Shown here in pieces: positions 12,481 through 23,900 of a stretch of DNA of 64,000 bases (positions are counted from its first letter, which is position 1; each line of letters begins with the position of its first letter). The DNA is from Paraspadella gotoi. Its lineage: Eukaryota; Animalia; Chaetognatha. Position numbers and translations under genes: made by a program. A model generated the notes under the pieces. That model ran no database searches. It was not told the DNA's origin and saw only the letters and a program-made list of their open reading frames with translations. The DNA lies in NCBI GenBank assembly GCA_051294375.1, contig CM119267.1, positions 7,323,205-7,387,204 of the forward strand, given 5' to 3'.

Positions 12481-14269
12481 TCATCTTCGAAAAGGATCCG
12501 ATATCGCTTGACTGGGATCGCACGTGAAAGCAATCGTCACCGCGTAACGAACACCGCGAGTTACTGAAATAAAATGAAAACATGATAATATCTAGAATAT
12601 AAATTAATACTAATGTATTTTACCAGCAAGAAAAAAAAAGCAAACAGAGATTACAAATTATTACTTACTAAATGCAAAATATCAAGTACTAAATAATAAA
12701 GATATGATATGTTAATATAATAACGTTGAGGGGATAACAAAAATTTTCGACGAGGGCCTTTCAATTTTTTTTTTTTTAAGAAAACGAATTTGGTCAATCA
12801 TCTTGTTTTTTTTGCCAATTAAGCTACGACTAATGAAGTAAAAAAATAACCAGAATGAAACTGAAAAGGTTACAAAAACTAACAAATTAGGAAGGAATTC
12901 TGGGGAAATTGAGCGGGAAAGTGTCTAAAATCCGCTAAATTTCACATTTGACCCAATCCCATCGAGCTTCCTCAGCGAGCGGTGATCACCAACCTTTGCC
13001 GACGCGATGGGGGTTTTCGGCGCCAGACGTAAAGGCGGACATCCTTGCGGCGCGAGGCTCGACGGTTTTGTTGACGTCGGCGTCAAGAAATATGAAGTCG
13101 CCGCCGTCGAACTCGTCGCCCTTGGTTGACAAGTAGACAAGAGCCGTGAAGTGAAAAGAACCGTAAGTCTCTTTGTCGACGTGGGCGTGCCAATATTCGT
13201 CGTGAACGGTCGATGCCGGCTTTGTCGTTATTCTGTGAGGGAGGGAGAAGGAAGAAGTGGCCTTCATTTTAAAGGCATTATTAAAAATAACCACGGTGGT
13301 GTAAATTAACCTCGAGAAAAACGTGGGTTTGGTAAGATGGAGCCTCTTTTCGTCGACGTTAAAGGTTTTAGCGATGGCGCTGCGTACTTTATTCTTTACT
13401 CCGACGTAGAGACGGAAATCCTCGTCGGATATGATGGAGATTCCTTTTTGCTGCATCACCTGGTAGACGTCCACGAAAGCGTCACCCTTCGATAGCGCCC
13501 CTAGTGAGCCCAAAATATTTTGCTACAATACATGAATTACTTACGTGGGTTTTTCTCCGACCGCTATCATTGTTAAATGATACATATTAAATAACTACGG
13601 ACAATAAAAAACCATGCCTCGTTACAATCATCACATTACGTCTAAAATGAAGAGATTTAAAACCAACCGGAGTGAAGATCAAGTATCGAAGCGCCTCCAT
13701 TAGAACCCCCATGAAAAAGGCCCTTTTTCGCGATCTCTTTCAAATTTCGCGCCTCGAGTTCAGTGATCACCGAGTCAGAGACGAACCGGCCGCAAATGGT
13801 CGGAGAGCAACCTGGCAGAACGGAGGTAGTTGGATAATGGACATATTAAAAATATTTATGATTTATTAGATTACATAGTTTATAAACCTATATATTTCTC
13901 AGCGTCGTGATCGTGAGAACAGGAGACCCGAACAAACTTTTCTGTGACGTTTCCGTCTGCTCGGGCAAAGACGGAGGGGCCGTCTTCGAGCGGATAGACG
14001 AATCGGTGGACGCCGATGACGACGCAAGACCAAAACGCGCAGAGCGCGACTTAAAAAAGTGACAAACCCATTTATTTCCCAAAATTGTCAACCATTTTTC
14101 TTTTAAAAATAGAAAGAACAAATTATAACTTACCAAACAGCAAAATTCGCTGAACGTTTGGACTGACCGGGAGTAAAGGCTTGCTGTCGATATACTCGGT
14201 TTTTGGCGATGAATCCGAAAGTTTTTCAAATTTCGATTTCGCCTTCAAGTTTCTTTTTCGCGTTTGCAT
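12481..14269 (-). CDS. OGFOD3: 2-oxoglutarate/Fe(II)-dependent oxygenase domain-containing protein 3, multi-exon
   Basis: HLTKPTFFSR, HDEYWHAHVDKETYGSFHFTALVYL, FTSGAENPHRV. Last exon TRGVRYAVTIAFTCDP. Confidence 0.88.
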
Positions 14270-14388
14270 AATCGAGGCTAGGATCTATCAAGAAGAAAAT
14301 CTGGCATGGATTGGGGACTGACAAGAAGACGAGTTTTGAATCTATGGCGCACTGCTTCATTTGTAGGAATAACGATTTAATCCGATTT

Positions 14389-14769
14389 TCACATTGCGTT
14401 CAAAACCATGCAGACGACGAGCAGCGAGAGGGTCAGGTAGTCTCTAACGGGAAAAAAGACGCTTATGACCATAACAGCGAGAAAGACGTGCGCGTTGGTG
14501 ACTCCGCCGACCAAAGGCGTCCGAAAGAATTGATCGGCGCGACGCTTGAATCGTTCAATCTCCTGGGAGTAGTTTTTCAAGAAGCCTGGCTGCCGCTGCT
14601 GCGACGAGGCGGAGACGGAGAATGCGACCGGAAAGGATTTCGTCGGGATCATCGTCGGCACCGGGGAAGGGAAAGAAGGAGAGCGAGAGGCGAGGCAAAA
14701 CGAAGCGTGCAATGCTTTTTCTCCCCCGATCGGCCTGGGGGCCGATCGCCAAATTCGCAACGCGTTCAT
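14389..14769 (-). CDS. Uncharacterised 126-aa protein with mitochondrial-transit-like N-terminus and hydrophobic C-terminus
   Basis: MNALRIWRSAPRP... is Arg/Ser-rich and acid-poor. C-terminal VFLAVMVISVFF and LTLSLLVVCMVL. Coding-like GC content, upstream acceptor AATTATACAG. Confidence 0.55.
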   Translation of the reverse strand: MNALRIWRSAPRPIGGEKALHASFCLASRSPSFPSPVPTMIPTKSFPVAFSVSASSQQRQPGFLKNYSQEIERFKRRADQFFRTPLVGGVTNAHVFLAVMVISVFFPVRDYLTLSLLVVCMVLNAM

Positions 14770-15157
14770 TTTATAGGTTTTGCACCTTTTCTGTATAATT
14801 ATTTCACTTGTACGTACTACGTAAAAAAAAACCGTGATAAAAAGATACATTTAATGGAAGTTTCCACATCATTAAAACTTGAAATCAAAATAAGTTAAAA
14901 CTAATGCCATTAAAGTACAAGTGTAGCTGGACTTCCTGTATCGAATTGGCAGAAGACAATTAGATTTCAATTTTTCCGGGTCGCGAACAACATTGACAAC
15001 TTGGACACGAACAGTAGTATTAATTTTAAGAAAAATATCACATTCAAAGAGAAAAACGCGCTTACGAAGCGTAACCCATAAATACATCTACTAAAATAGT
15101 GTATAAATATAATTATTTATAAAAATTTATGGCATAGGACCCGAGCGGGGTGGCGAG

Positions 15158-16436
15158 TCATTGCATAGAAAGCAAAGCGTTGATTGAGGCTTCTTTGTCT
15201 CCTGCGTTGGCTTCCAGCACCGACTTGACAACTTCTTCGTCGATCTCGGGGAATACCTCGCGCACGTGGGACACGTCCTCCGCCGACGGAACGTATTGCG
15301 TATCGGCTGACTGCTGTCCACCGTGTTGTTGAGGCGGGATCACGGTCGCCATGGTGTTAGGAGCGTGGTTGGCAGCCACTGGGATCTGCATCTTTAAAAT
15401 AATTGGACGAGGGACAAAATGATCGTAATTTTTGACGACGTTACAGTCATCGGTTGGTCACCTGTGGCGGCGGGGTCGTCATCATCACCATGGGCTGCAG
15501 CCCCGGCGTCCAGGACATCATCGGCTGCGACCCTTTAGCGAAGGAGATGACGACGTTGATGGAGCCTTCCTTCTCCTCGCCCTGCTTCCCGCTGAGGACG
15601 AACCAGTCGTCCACTGTGTCCAGGGACTCGCCGCTGAGCAGCGTCGGCGGAAGAGTAATGTCGCACCAGGCGATTCGGTCGTCGACGGAAAAGGCTCGCT
15701 CGTCATAGATCTCCAAGTGGATCGTGCTCACGTTCTATGGCAAGAAAAAGACGTTCGAACTGCTCATTGCTCATTTGCAACTGGCAATACTAAAATTAAT
15801 AACCTGGGGCAAAAAACATTGCACCGTTTTGCTCCAACGAGGATTTTTTGCCCCGTTGTAGGACGTTGGTGTTTCGAAAACCTTAAAGAAAAAAAAAATC
15901 AATAGATAGAAATTTTTTACCCAGAAAGGATAGGCTATTGAGAACATTCATTCACCGCGTGTCCGATTCTGAGTCTGCAATAAGGATCCATTCTCGTCAT
16001 TCCGTAATTCTTCGTCAGCCGGGCCTCCACTATCGTCAGACTAAGTCGGCCAGCCATAGTCGTACCGGCCGCTCCTGCTCAGAAAATGTATCACGTGAAC
16101 CTTTCTTAATCACGGACTAAACACCCCCCCCCTTGATTACCGGGCATTGCGGCCGGGTAAGTGACGGCAGGATGAGCCGCGGGATGGTGGACATGAGGTA
16201 CCTGAGCGTTCTGCTGGTACTGCAGCATGCGTGCTGTATGAGCGTCCTGCGCACACTGAGCCTGAGTAAAATTCATAGAAATCTCGGAAACAAAGGGCAG
16301 GGGCCGGACACCGTCACAAGAGACGCACCTGTTCGGGAGTGATCATGATGCGGAGAAAGTCGTTGGGGAGTTGATCCACCATTGCTTGCGATCTCCATGT
16401 CGCGGCGGAAGAGCGAGGTTCGGGAGAGGCTGCCAT
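15158..16436 (-). CDS. TOLLIP: Toll-interacting protein (TBD, C2, CUE), multi-exon
   Basis: [62 protein letters not shown] domain [17 protein letters not shown]. Confidence 0.95.
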
Positions 16437-16694
16437 GTTTCACGACAGTCGAGTTCGATTGTTGCTTTTCAATAATTGAACAGAATTTTAATCATCATCG
16501 GAATAATAACTAAACGTATAATCAACAACAGGAAAAAAACCCATAACAGTAAAAATCGTGGAATGATGAGAGAAAACGTCAAAATCTTTGTTAAATCCAT
16601 GAATCGTCTTAAGTCTATGTGATATCTTATAAGTGAAGTTACGTGATTAAAAATTTCAAATGATCAAAAGTGCCAACCATGTGTAAAAAGAGTT

Positions 16695-18505
16695 TTAATG
16701 GAGTTCATTCAAAGCTGCTCGAACGCCCTCGTCGACGACCCTCTTTAGTTCCACCTTTTCCGGCCCGGAGACGAAGGCGGCTTCAGCGGCGAACTTGACG
16801 GCGTCGACAAGCGCTCTGGGCGGGAGGCGCATCCCCGACGCTGAAGATACTATAGCGTATTCGTCGTCGAGATGATGGCCCGTCACTAAAAGAAAGGAAA
16901 AGCGATTCGAAAAAGGTAAAGTTTAACCGGGGATCATCTTGTCAATTACCCGTGGTGTCGTCCGTGTTGATGGAGAATGAAACTCCATCCTCGAAAAACC
17001 GGACCAAAGGATGACACTTCCACCCGTATTTCTTGACGTCAAACGCCCCAGTTTTTACTGACGAATAAGGGCATTCTTCTAAGTGAACGCCTGTTGCTTT
17101 AACGAATGTCTCGTAGATGTCTTGGTCGTCCAAAACGTGATACCTAATACATAATTAAAAGACGAATTGTGATTGGCTTTAGGGGCTACCGACCCTCAGT
17201 GACGCCTCTTGTCACTGGCGCGGTTACCCATGGACGGTCTCGCTTTGCCAACACAAAGGGAAGTCGTTAGGACTGTGGATGTTGCGTATTGAAATGGGAT
17301 TGGCTGAATGAAGCTATAGGTGAAGCGGTGTGATTATACCGCCACAATGTATACGTATGTGCTTATTGGCGCACACGCCTTTGAAACTTTCTTTTACCCA
17401 TGACCGATTCTTTGAGCACGAAATGTTTCAACGGCTTCCTTCACGTTCCACGCCGGACCGGCTTCGCCCGCGTGGGCCGTGCGATGAATATCATTTTCGA
17501 AGGCGAATTGAAAGGCTTTGACGAATCGTGGATCGTCGGGATGCGAGGGTCCGATTCCGCTCTCGTCGCCTTGTCAAGAATAGGGGTGAAAACAAATTTA
17601 AAATTTAAAATCAATTACTTTTTGAAACTCTTCTTTCTATAAAACGTGAAAATGACACCTTAAATGACGACAGCAAAATATCCTCACCGGCGATATCGAT
17701 CCCAACGACTCCATCATTTCTGTACTTCAGCGTCGCCTGAAATAACGAACTGCGGAATCAAACGAAATTCCCTTTCGTGTCTATATACATAAATATATCT
17801 CTCTCCAATCCCTCCTATCGCCGGAACCACCTGGGCAACGAGATGCGCCCACTCGGCTTGATCTCCGCTCCGGTCGCAACAGAGGATTGACTTGGCGAAG
17901 ACGTGGTGCCGGGCGGCGCCTTCCTTCAATGCTAGGTTTACTGTCTCGACTACCTCATTGAAAGACAGAGATGGTTCACCTTGGTCGTTAGAGCCCATTA
18001 GTGTTTGAGGCGCGTAACGAACTTCAAAGTAGACGACCCCTGGGATAGACAAGTTATTCGACGCTCAAGGGTATGTGTATTGTATAATCGTTGGCGGGCC
18101 GCTCACGTTCAGTACCTTGTTTCTTTTTGTCCTCGCAAAGTTCCACGAGGATCCGGTGGATAGCTTCGCGGTCGCCCGCCACCTGTGGCGTCATATAGGC
18201 GAATTTGGCAATGAATTCTGTCAGATTTCCGTCGTCGCGCATGACGAGGAATTCGGCGAAGTCCTTCGCCGATTCCACATTTGGTGGCATCTTTGGGAAT
18301 CCTGATTATCTAAGATGTATTTCTTAGAGGTTAAAGTAGCTCGATACCCACGAGCCTTACCTTTTTTCAACGCCAGCTCGTAAAGAGTCGACGGCCGCAT
18401 GCAGCCGTCCAAATGGATATGAAGCTCCACTTTGGGCAGTTTCTTAATGAAATTGGAAAGGTCTTTGGTTTCATCGAGGACTTGAAGTTGTTGTTCTTCG
18501 AGCAT
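16695..18505 (-). CDS. ADA: Adenosine deaminase, multi-exon
   Basis: LPKVELHIHLDG, YFEVRYAP, GIDIAGDE, HRTAHAGE, RIGHG, HLEECPYSS, SINTDD. Confidence 0.95.
17176..17306 (-). other. Structured intronic element, copy 2 (ADA intron 17144-17397)
   Basis: Reverse complement shares ordered conserved blocks with 1413-1570. Confidence 0.7.
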
Positions 18506-18641
18506 TTTTATGTTTATGTTTATATGACGTTTTGAGCTAAAATAGAAAACAAATTTACTTGCGAAAGTGTTGCCTCAGTTCTCAGTAACCGAGCAAACAA
18601 CCGAAGGGGTAGTTTCAAGGGAAGACGACAAAAAAAAACGT

Positions 18642-19301
18642 TCATCGTGATACGAAGTCTTTGTCGTTGTTTAAACACTGATTAACAACGTCTAGCAGGC
18701 TTTTGTTTTCCAAGGCGGCAGCAACGCGCTCTTTGTCGTTAAGTTGCTTGTTGACTTGGGCCTCGTTGGCGTGAGTCCCTTCCACGATACGGACGTTGAC
18801 TTTGTAACGCGAAGGCAAAGAGCGTCGAAGTTTGGCGCCGATGGAGAGGCCTATCAGTGTGGCCATGCTGAAGGAAAAAAAAACAATTGAGGGACGAAAC
18901 CCAGCGTGATTAAGAAAAAATATACTCTAACAATTTTTATGCTGGAGTTATTTTATATTAATTATGAAAAGAGTTCATTTTTTGTACACTAATCTATCTT
19001 TATTTACGGCCAATAACAAAAAACACCTGCAGTGTGGGATGGTGGGAGTAAACATGACAGTGACCGAGGGAGGTTTGATTCCGTCGTCCTCGACGCTTAT
19101 GGAGCTAAGATCGACCACGTTAAGCTCTTCTAGAGTCAGTGGGTGTTCGGGGTCGTTGATGTTCCTGACGATGTCGAAGACCTCGCGGGCGTCGATGGGA
19201 TCCACGGCGTCCTCGTCGAGCTCGTCCGCGCTCAACTTCCTGTCTTCCGCGCGGGAAAAGATCATGGGATTCGAGTTTTCCAATCGTTCGAGACCCGACA
19301 T
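18642..19301 (-). CDS. CIAO2B: Cytosolic iron-sulfur assembly component 2B (FAM96B/MIP18), 2 exons
   Basis: [28 protein letters not shown]|[25 protein letters not shown]. Confidence 0.95.
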
Positions 19302-19379
19302 CTTTATGACAGAAACTAGCAAAATAACTTTTCTTTCAACAGTGTCATAAAAAACAAACAAACAATGAATCTCGGAGAG

Positions 19380-20658
19380 TTAGGATTTAATCATTTTTTT
19401 CTTTTTCGCTTTTCCCTTTTCGACGATCGTCACCGTCGCTTTCCGTTTCTTTGTTCTTTCGTCTCCGTCGTCGTCGTCGTCGTCAATGACGTTGTCCTTT
19501 CCCTCCCCGACTTCGTCCATCCCGTTCCAAACATCGTCCCCTTCCACCTCCTCCTCCATCATTCCCTCCCTCTCTTCCTCCACCTCGCCTCCGTCCCCCT
19601 CTTCCAACCCTTCGTGCAACGTCCGCCGGAACAAAAGCTTGTTCAGCCTCGACTTCAAGTAGATCTTGTTGACGAGACGTCGGTTGACCACGTTGTGGAC
19701 GCGGAGGAACCTGTCTAGTCCGCATGAAGCGACGAGCGGTTCCGAAGGGTGGCATCGAACGTCGCGAATGCCGCCGGCGAAACCCTTGAAGGCGTGAACC
19801 TGTCGACCGGCTAGTCGCAGATCGTGCTGCGAAAGGGCGCCGCGCGAGTTGCCCACGATGACGTGGTCGGGATTGACGCCGACGACGTCGATGGCGGTCA
19901 AGGGAAACTCATCGAAGGAAAAATCGATGACAGGACGACGCTGTGCCTTGGGGTCGTAGACTCGCACCTGGTGATAACCGGTGCAAGTGACGACTCTTGA
20001 GGAGGAGGGAAGAAAGGCAATGTCCTGGACGCAGGTGCGGACCTAATTTGAAGATGTGAATATCGATTACGTATCTCGAAGCGAATATTTTGATTTACCG
20101 ACCGCGACCTACCTGAAGGTTGAGCCAGTCGTTCCTAACGTTTTTCGATTCGAACGTCGCCGACGTCCCTTCGTCGCTCATCCGATTCACGTCCCAGAGT
20201 TTGAGACGCTCGTTGAGTCCGCCCGTGGCGACGACGGCGTCGCGGGCGCGGGTTCGACGAAGTCTCTGATGCTTCTTCAACTGCAGATTGACGGAGGTCT
20301 TGAGTTCGGTGTCACGGAGACCGAAAACTGAGACGACGCCGGATTGCGACCCGGTGACGATGTTCGATCCGGCGAGACGCTCGAGGCCGACAAATTTTCC
20401 GGAAGCGTTTTGAAAGGACGACCCCGATAATATCTCGCGGGTGGTTTTCGTCGCCAGGTCGACGAGAATAACGTCGCGACTCCGCAGGCCGAGGAGCGCT
20501 GAGGTTTCGTCGTCGTCGCCCCAGCACATGCCTACGATTTCACGGCTTCTGTCGATCGCCTTCAATTCCCCCAAGTTGCTCCAGTTTCCGTTATGGAGCT
20601 GAACGCATTTTAAGAGTCCCGTCTCGGCGCCGACGTAGACATCGCCGACGCCTTGCAT
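19380..20658 (-). CDS. WDR74: WD repeat-containing protein 74 (Nsa1), 2 exons
   Basis: VYVGAETGLLK, VATGG, FESKNVRNDWLNLQV, VRVYDPKAQRRPV, ASCGLDRFLRVH, KIYLKSRL. Confidence 0.93.
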
Positions 20659-20963
20659 TGTCTTTTTGTTTTCGAGGGGTAAGGGGTCTAATTCGGGCTT
20701 CTGAATAACAATAAATAAAACAAATAACACAAATAAAACAAGCAATCATAGCACCAGTTGATGAAGAGTCAACGTTAACAGGAATGTAAACTGAAAAATT
20801 AGGAAAAGGCACATTCGAATAAAACAAAACGCTGGACTTCCACTGATGATTGATGATAATTAATCATAATCATATGTAAAGTTTTATTGATTAAACACGG
20901 ACGAAATGAGCTACTTCCAATCCGACATTTCGCAAAAGTTTGAGTCTAACACCACAAGCAGCT

Positions 20964-23900
20964 TCAACGAAAAGTTATGGCCTTTTTAATCTTTTTCGTC
21001 GAAGTCGTCGTCGACGCCTCTTTTTGCGAAGACATAACTACGTCGTCGGCGTCCGACTCTTGTCCGTCTTCCTTTGCATTTCGAGTGAAGTCGTCGCTGT
21101 CATCCTCGATTACGAGGGATTCCGAATCCGCTTTAAATGCGTCAGCATAAGACTCGAGATTCAAAGATTTCCTGGCCCTTGGGCTGCGCCGATTCTGTCG
21201 CGACAGTCTCCGCGGCGTGTGCGCGACGTTATCCAGAGCTCGAAGGGGATCCCCAGTTAGTTTCCTCTCGTTCGATGGCGCGTCCGAAGATTTCGGGGTC
21301 TCCGGAACGACGAGAGAGTCGTCGGGGCCCCGTCGGGGCGTCACCGGCGAAAGCGAAAAGGAAGGAGGGTTTTCGGCGACGGGGGAGTCGGTCGAAGGAC
21401 GAATCGTCGTCTCGCTCGCGGAACCCAAAAGGTTTTTCTTGATGCAGTCGACTCGGTTAAGGAAAGAGCGACATCTCTCCACCGACTCGGAGTAGCTTGG
21501 ATCTTCTCTCGCCGACCGCTCTTTCCACTCCTCCAGCTCACGAGTGGAAAGAGGCTTCGGTGGAGAGGGGGACAGTCCTGTTGCCAAGTCAACTCCGTGA
21601 CGAAGCGTTCGAGGAGTTCGGGGCGTGCTTGACCCACTTTTCGACCGCTTTTTCGATTCGGGCGTGAGAAAGGCAGACGCGGGTTTATTCTTTGTCGGAG
21701 TTTTTCCGTCGCTCACGAAAGAGTCGTCTTCGCGATTAGAGGATCCGTGCGTCGCCAACTTCCGACGAATCTCTTCCATCTCTTTCTGTACTTCGCGCAA
21801 TTTGTCGGAATTGTAATCCATGGAATCGTCGGAAAGGTCGTCAAAGTCGTCAATGCGGATGGCTTCGAGTTGTTGCGGGTGCTGTTGTTTCTCGATGGAT
21901 TCGGGCAAGGCAGCGTCTGGTGTTTTTGAATCAAAAAATCGGGCTGAGGGCGAATTCAGGGGAGGGGGTTCCAACCCCGGTTCCAGGTCGTTCATATTGT
22001 CATCTGCAACATGAGGAAGAATTTCGTCGCAATTGTTCACTTTTTTGCTAATCAAAGGAAGAGATTTTTCACATTCAGTGAAAACTGCGCTTCCCTTTTC
22101 TCGTGAATCTTTTTCTTTTTTAGATATGTTTTGGACTGAACTTCCTTCAGTAAGCTGACTGCAAAGACCGAATTGGTTGACTAATTTACCTTTAGCCGAA
22201 GAAACTTGTGAATGTCTTCCATCAGTTATCTGACTACAAAGACTAAATGGATTAACCAACTCCATCTCAGAGGGAGTAGCTTTATATCTTTGTAAAAAGT
22301 TTTCAAAACTAGGACTACCGTCGTCTATTTCGTCATATTTTTCAGGACTGGGCAAGGGTGAATCGGTTTCTGCGTCTTTAAGAAGAACTTGAAAAACTGG
22401 TTTTGCACGCTGTGACGGAAAAGATTTTTCGGCAGATTTATGAGACTTATTTAAATAGGATTTTCCCTCATCAAAATTTGACGAGGAACTACAAAGATCA
22501 ATAAAACTATGACGCTGACTGATTGGTCTCCTTTTCTCCTTCATGTCGTCAAAACTAGAACTGTTTAACTCTATGTGGTGGTCACTCGTTTTTCCGACAG
22601 GATGGTCTGCATCTGTCTTCCGGCTGCAAAGCTCAAAATTTTCAATCTCATTGTTCTCTTCTACATGACAATACAAATTTTCCCGTTTTATTCTTTTAAA
22701 ATTTTTTTCATATTGATATTGTAGCTCCATGTCCTTTTGAATGTTCTTGACCAATCTTCTTTCCCGCTGAGAATTGGTTAAATCTTGAGTGCATTTCCCA
22801 CAATCCGAATCAATGGAGAAATCGGAAATTCTTAAATTGTCATTCGGATTTAAAACTGGAACTCTAATTGCGGCAGTATTCTTGGCATTTCGTTTAACTC
22901 CGATCTTCTTTCGTTGAACTGACATCAATTCTGTGCGCCCTTCATCGTAACTTGTAGCAAAAGCTTCGAATGAACTCGAACTGCAGAGTTCATATAAGTC
23001 GGTATTTTCTTTGGTCCGAGCAAGGTTGGAATTTTTGACTTTTTCTTCATTCTGGACTTCCACTGTCGCATTGCTGCAAAGCTCAAACTTATCTTGACCA
23101 TCGTCGCTGAAAGATTGATCGAATTCTCCATCCTGTATCAAACGTTCAACATCGTCGATTTTTTCTGATAATTTCGCAACCTTTCCCGAATTATTTCCCA
23201 TCTCACGCGAAAACGGAACTGTTGTAGACTTTCCATCCAAAATATTTGGTTTGCCAACGGGAAAAGAATTTTCGCCGAATAAGACGTTATCCAAGTCCGC
23301 CATTTGACTGAATTCGTCATTATTAATTAAATTCATTCTTCTTTCACTCCGACTATTTTCACCAATCAGGGACGCCTCTTTATTTTTGTCATCGACTTCA
23401 TTTTCTTCATCCTCAAAAGTCCCAATACTTTTTAAATCATTTTCGGCGATGGATTCGCCTTCGCATTTGGCTTGTTTTTCTCCCAAGTCGGACCTTCCGT
23501 CGCTGGCAGTGAATGAGTTTTCGAACCACTCCTCCATAAGATTCATGGTTTCTGTTTTGGAGGATTTAGGTTCCGATTCTCGCGTCGACGAAACTTTCGC
23601 CGACTCGAAGGGGTCTTCGTCGGAAAAGTCGTCGACTTTGAAGGCGGTCTTCGCCGCTTCTCTCTCCTTCGAACCCAACGGAGAGTCGTTATCCTTTGTC
23701 GCGCCGGAGGATGCTCGAGTCGAATCTTGAGAACCGTTTTTATGAACTGAGGAATTCGAGGGAGTCGATAAGCTGGGAACGTCCAGCGCAAAGCAACGTC
23801 GCGTCGAAGGAGTGAAACTGAGGTTTGTCAAAATGTCCATTGTTTCCGGCTCGTAGAGAGCGTTTTCAACGGCTTCGAGGTGTTGTGAAGACAAAGGGGT

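Noticed and set aside
14311-14898. 195-aa plus-strand ORF and many similar antisense ORFs
   Set aside because: These are shadows of GC-rich minus-strand exons with no recognisable motifs.
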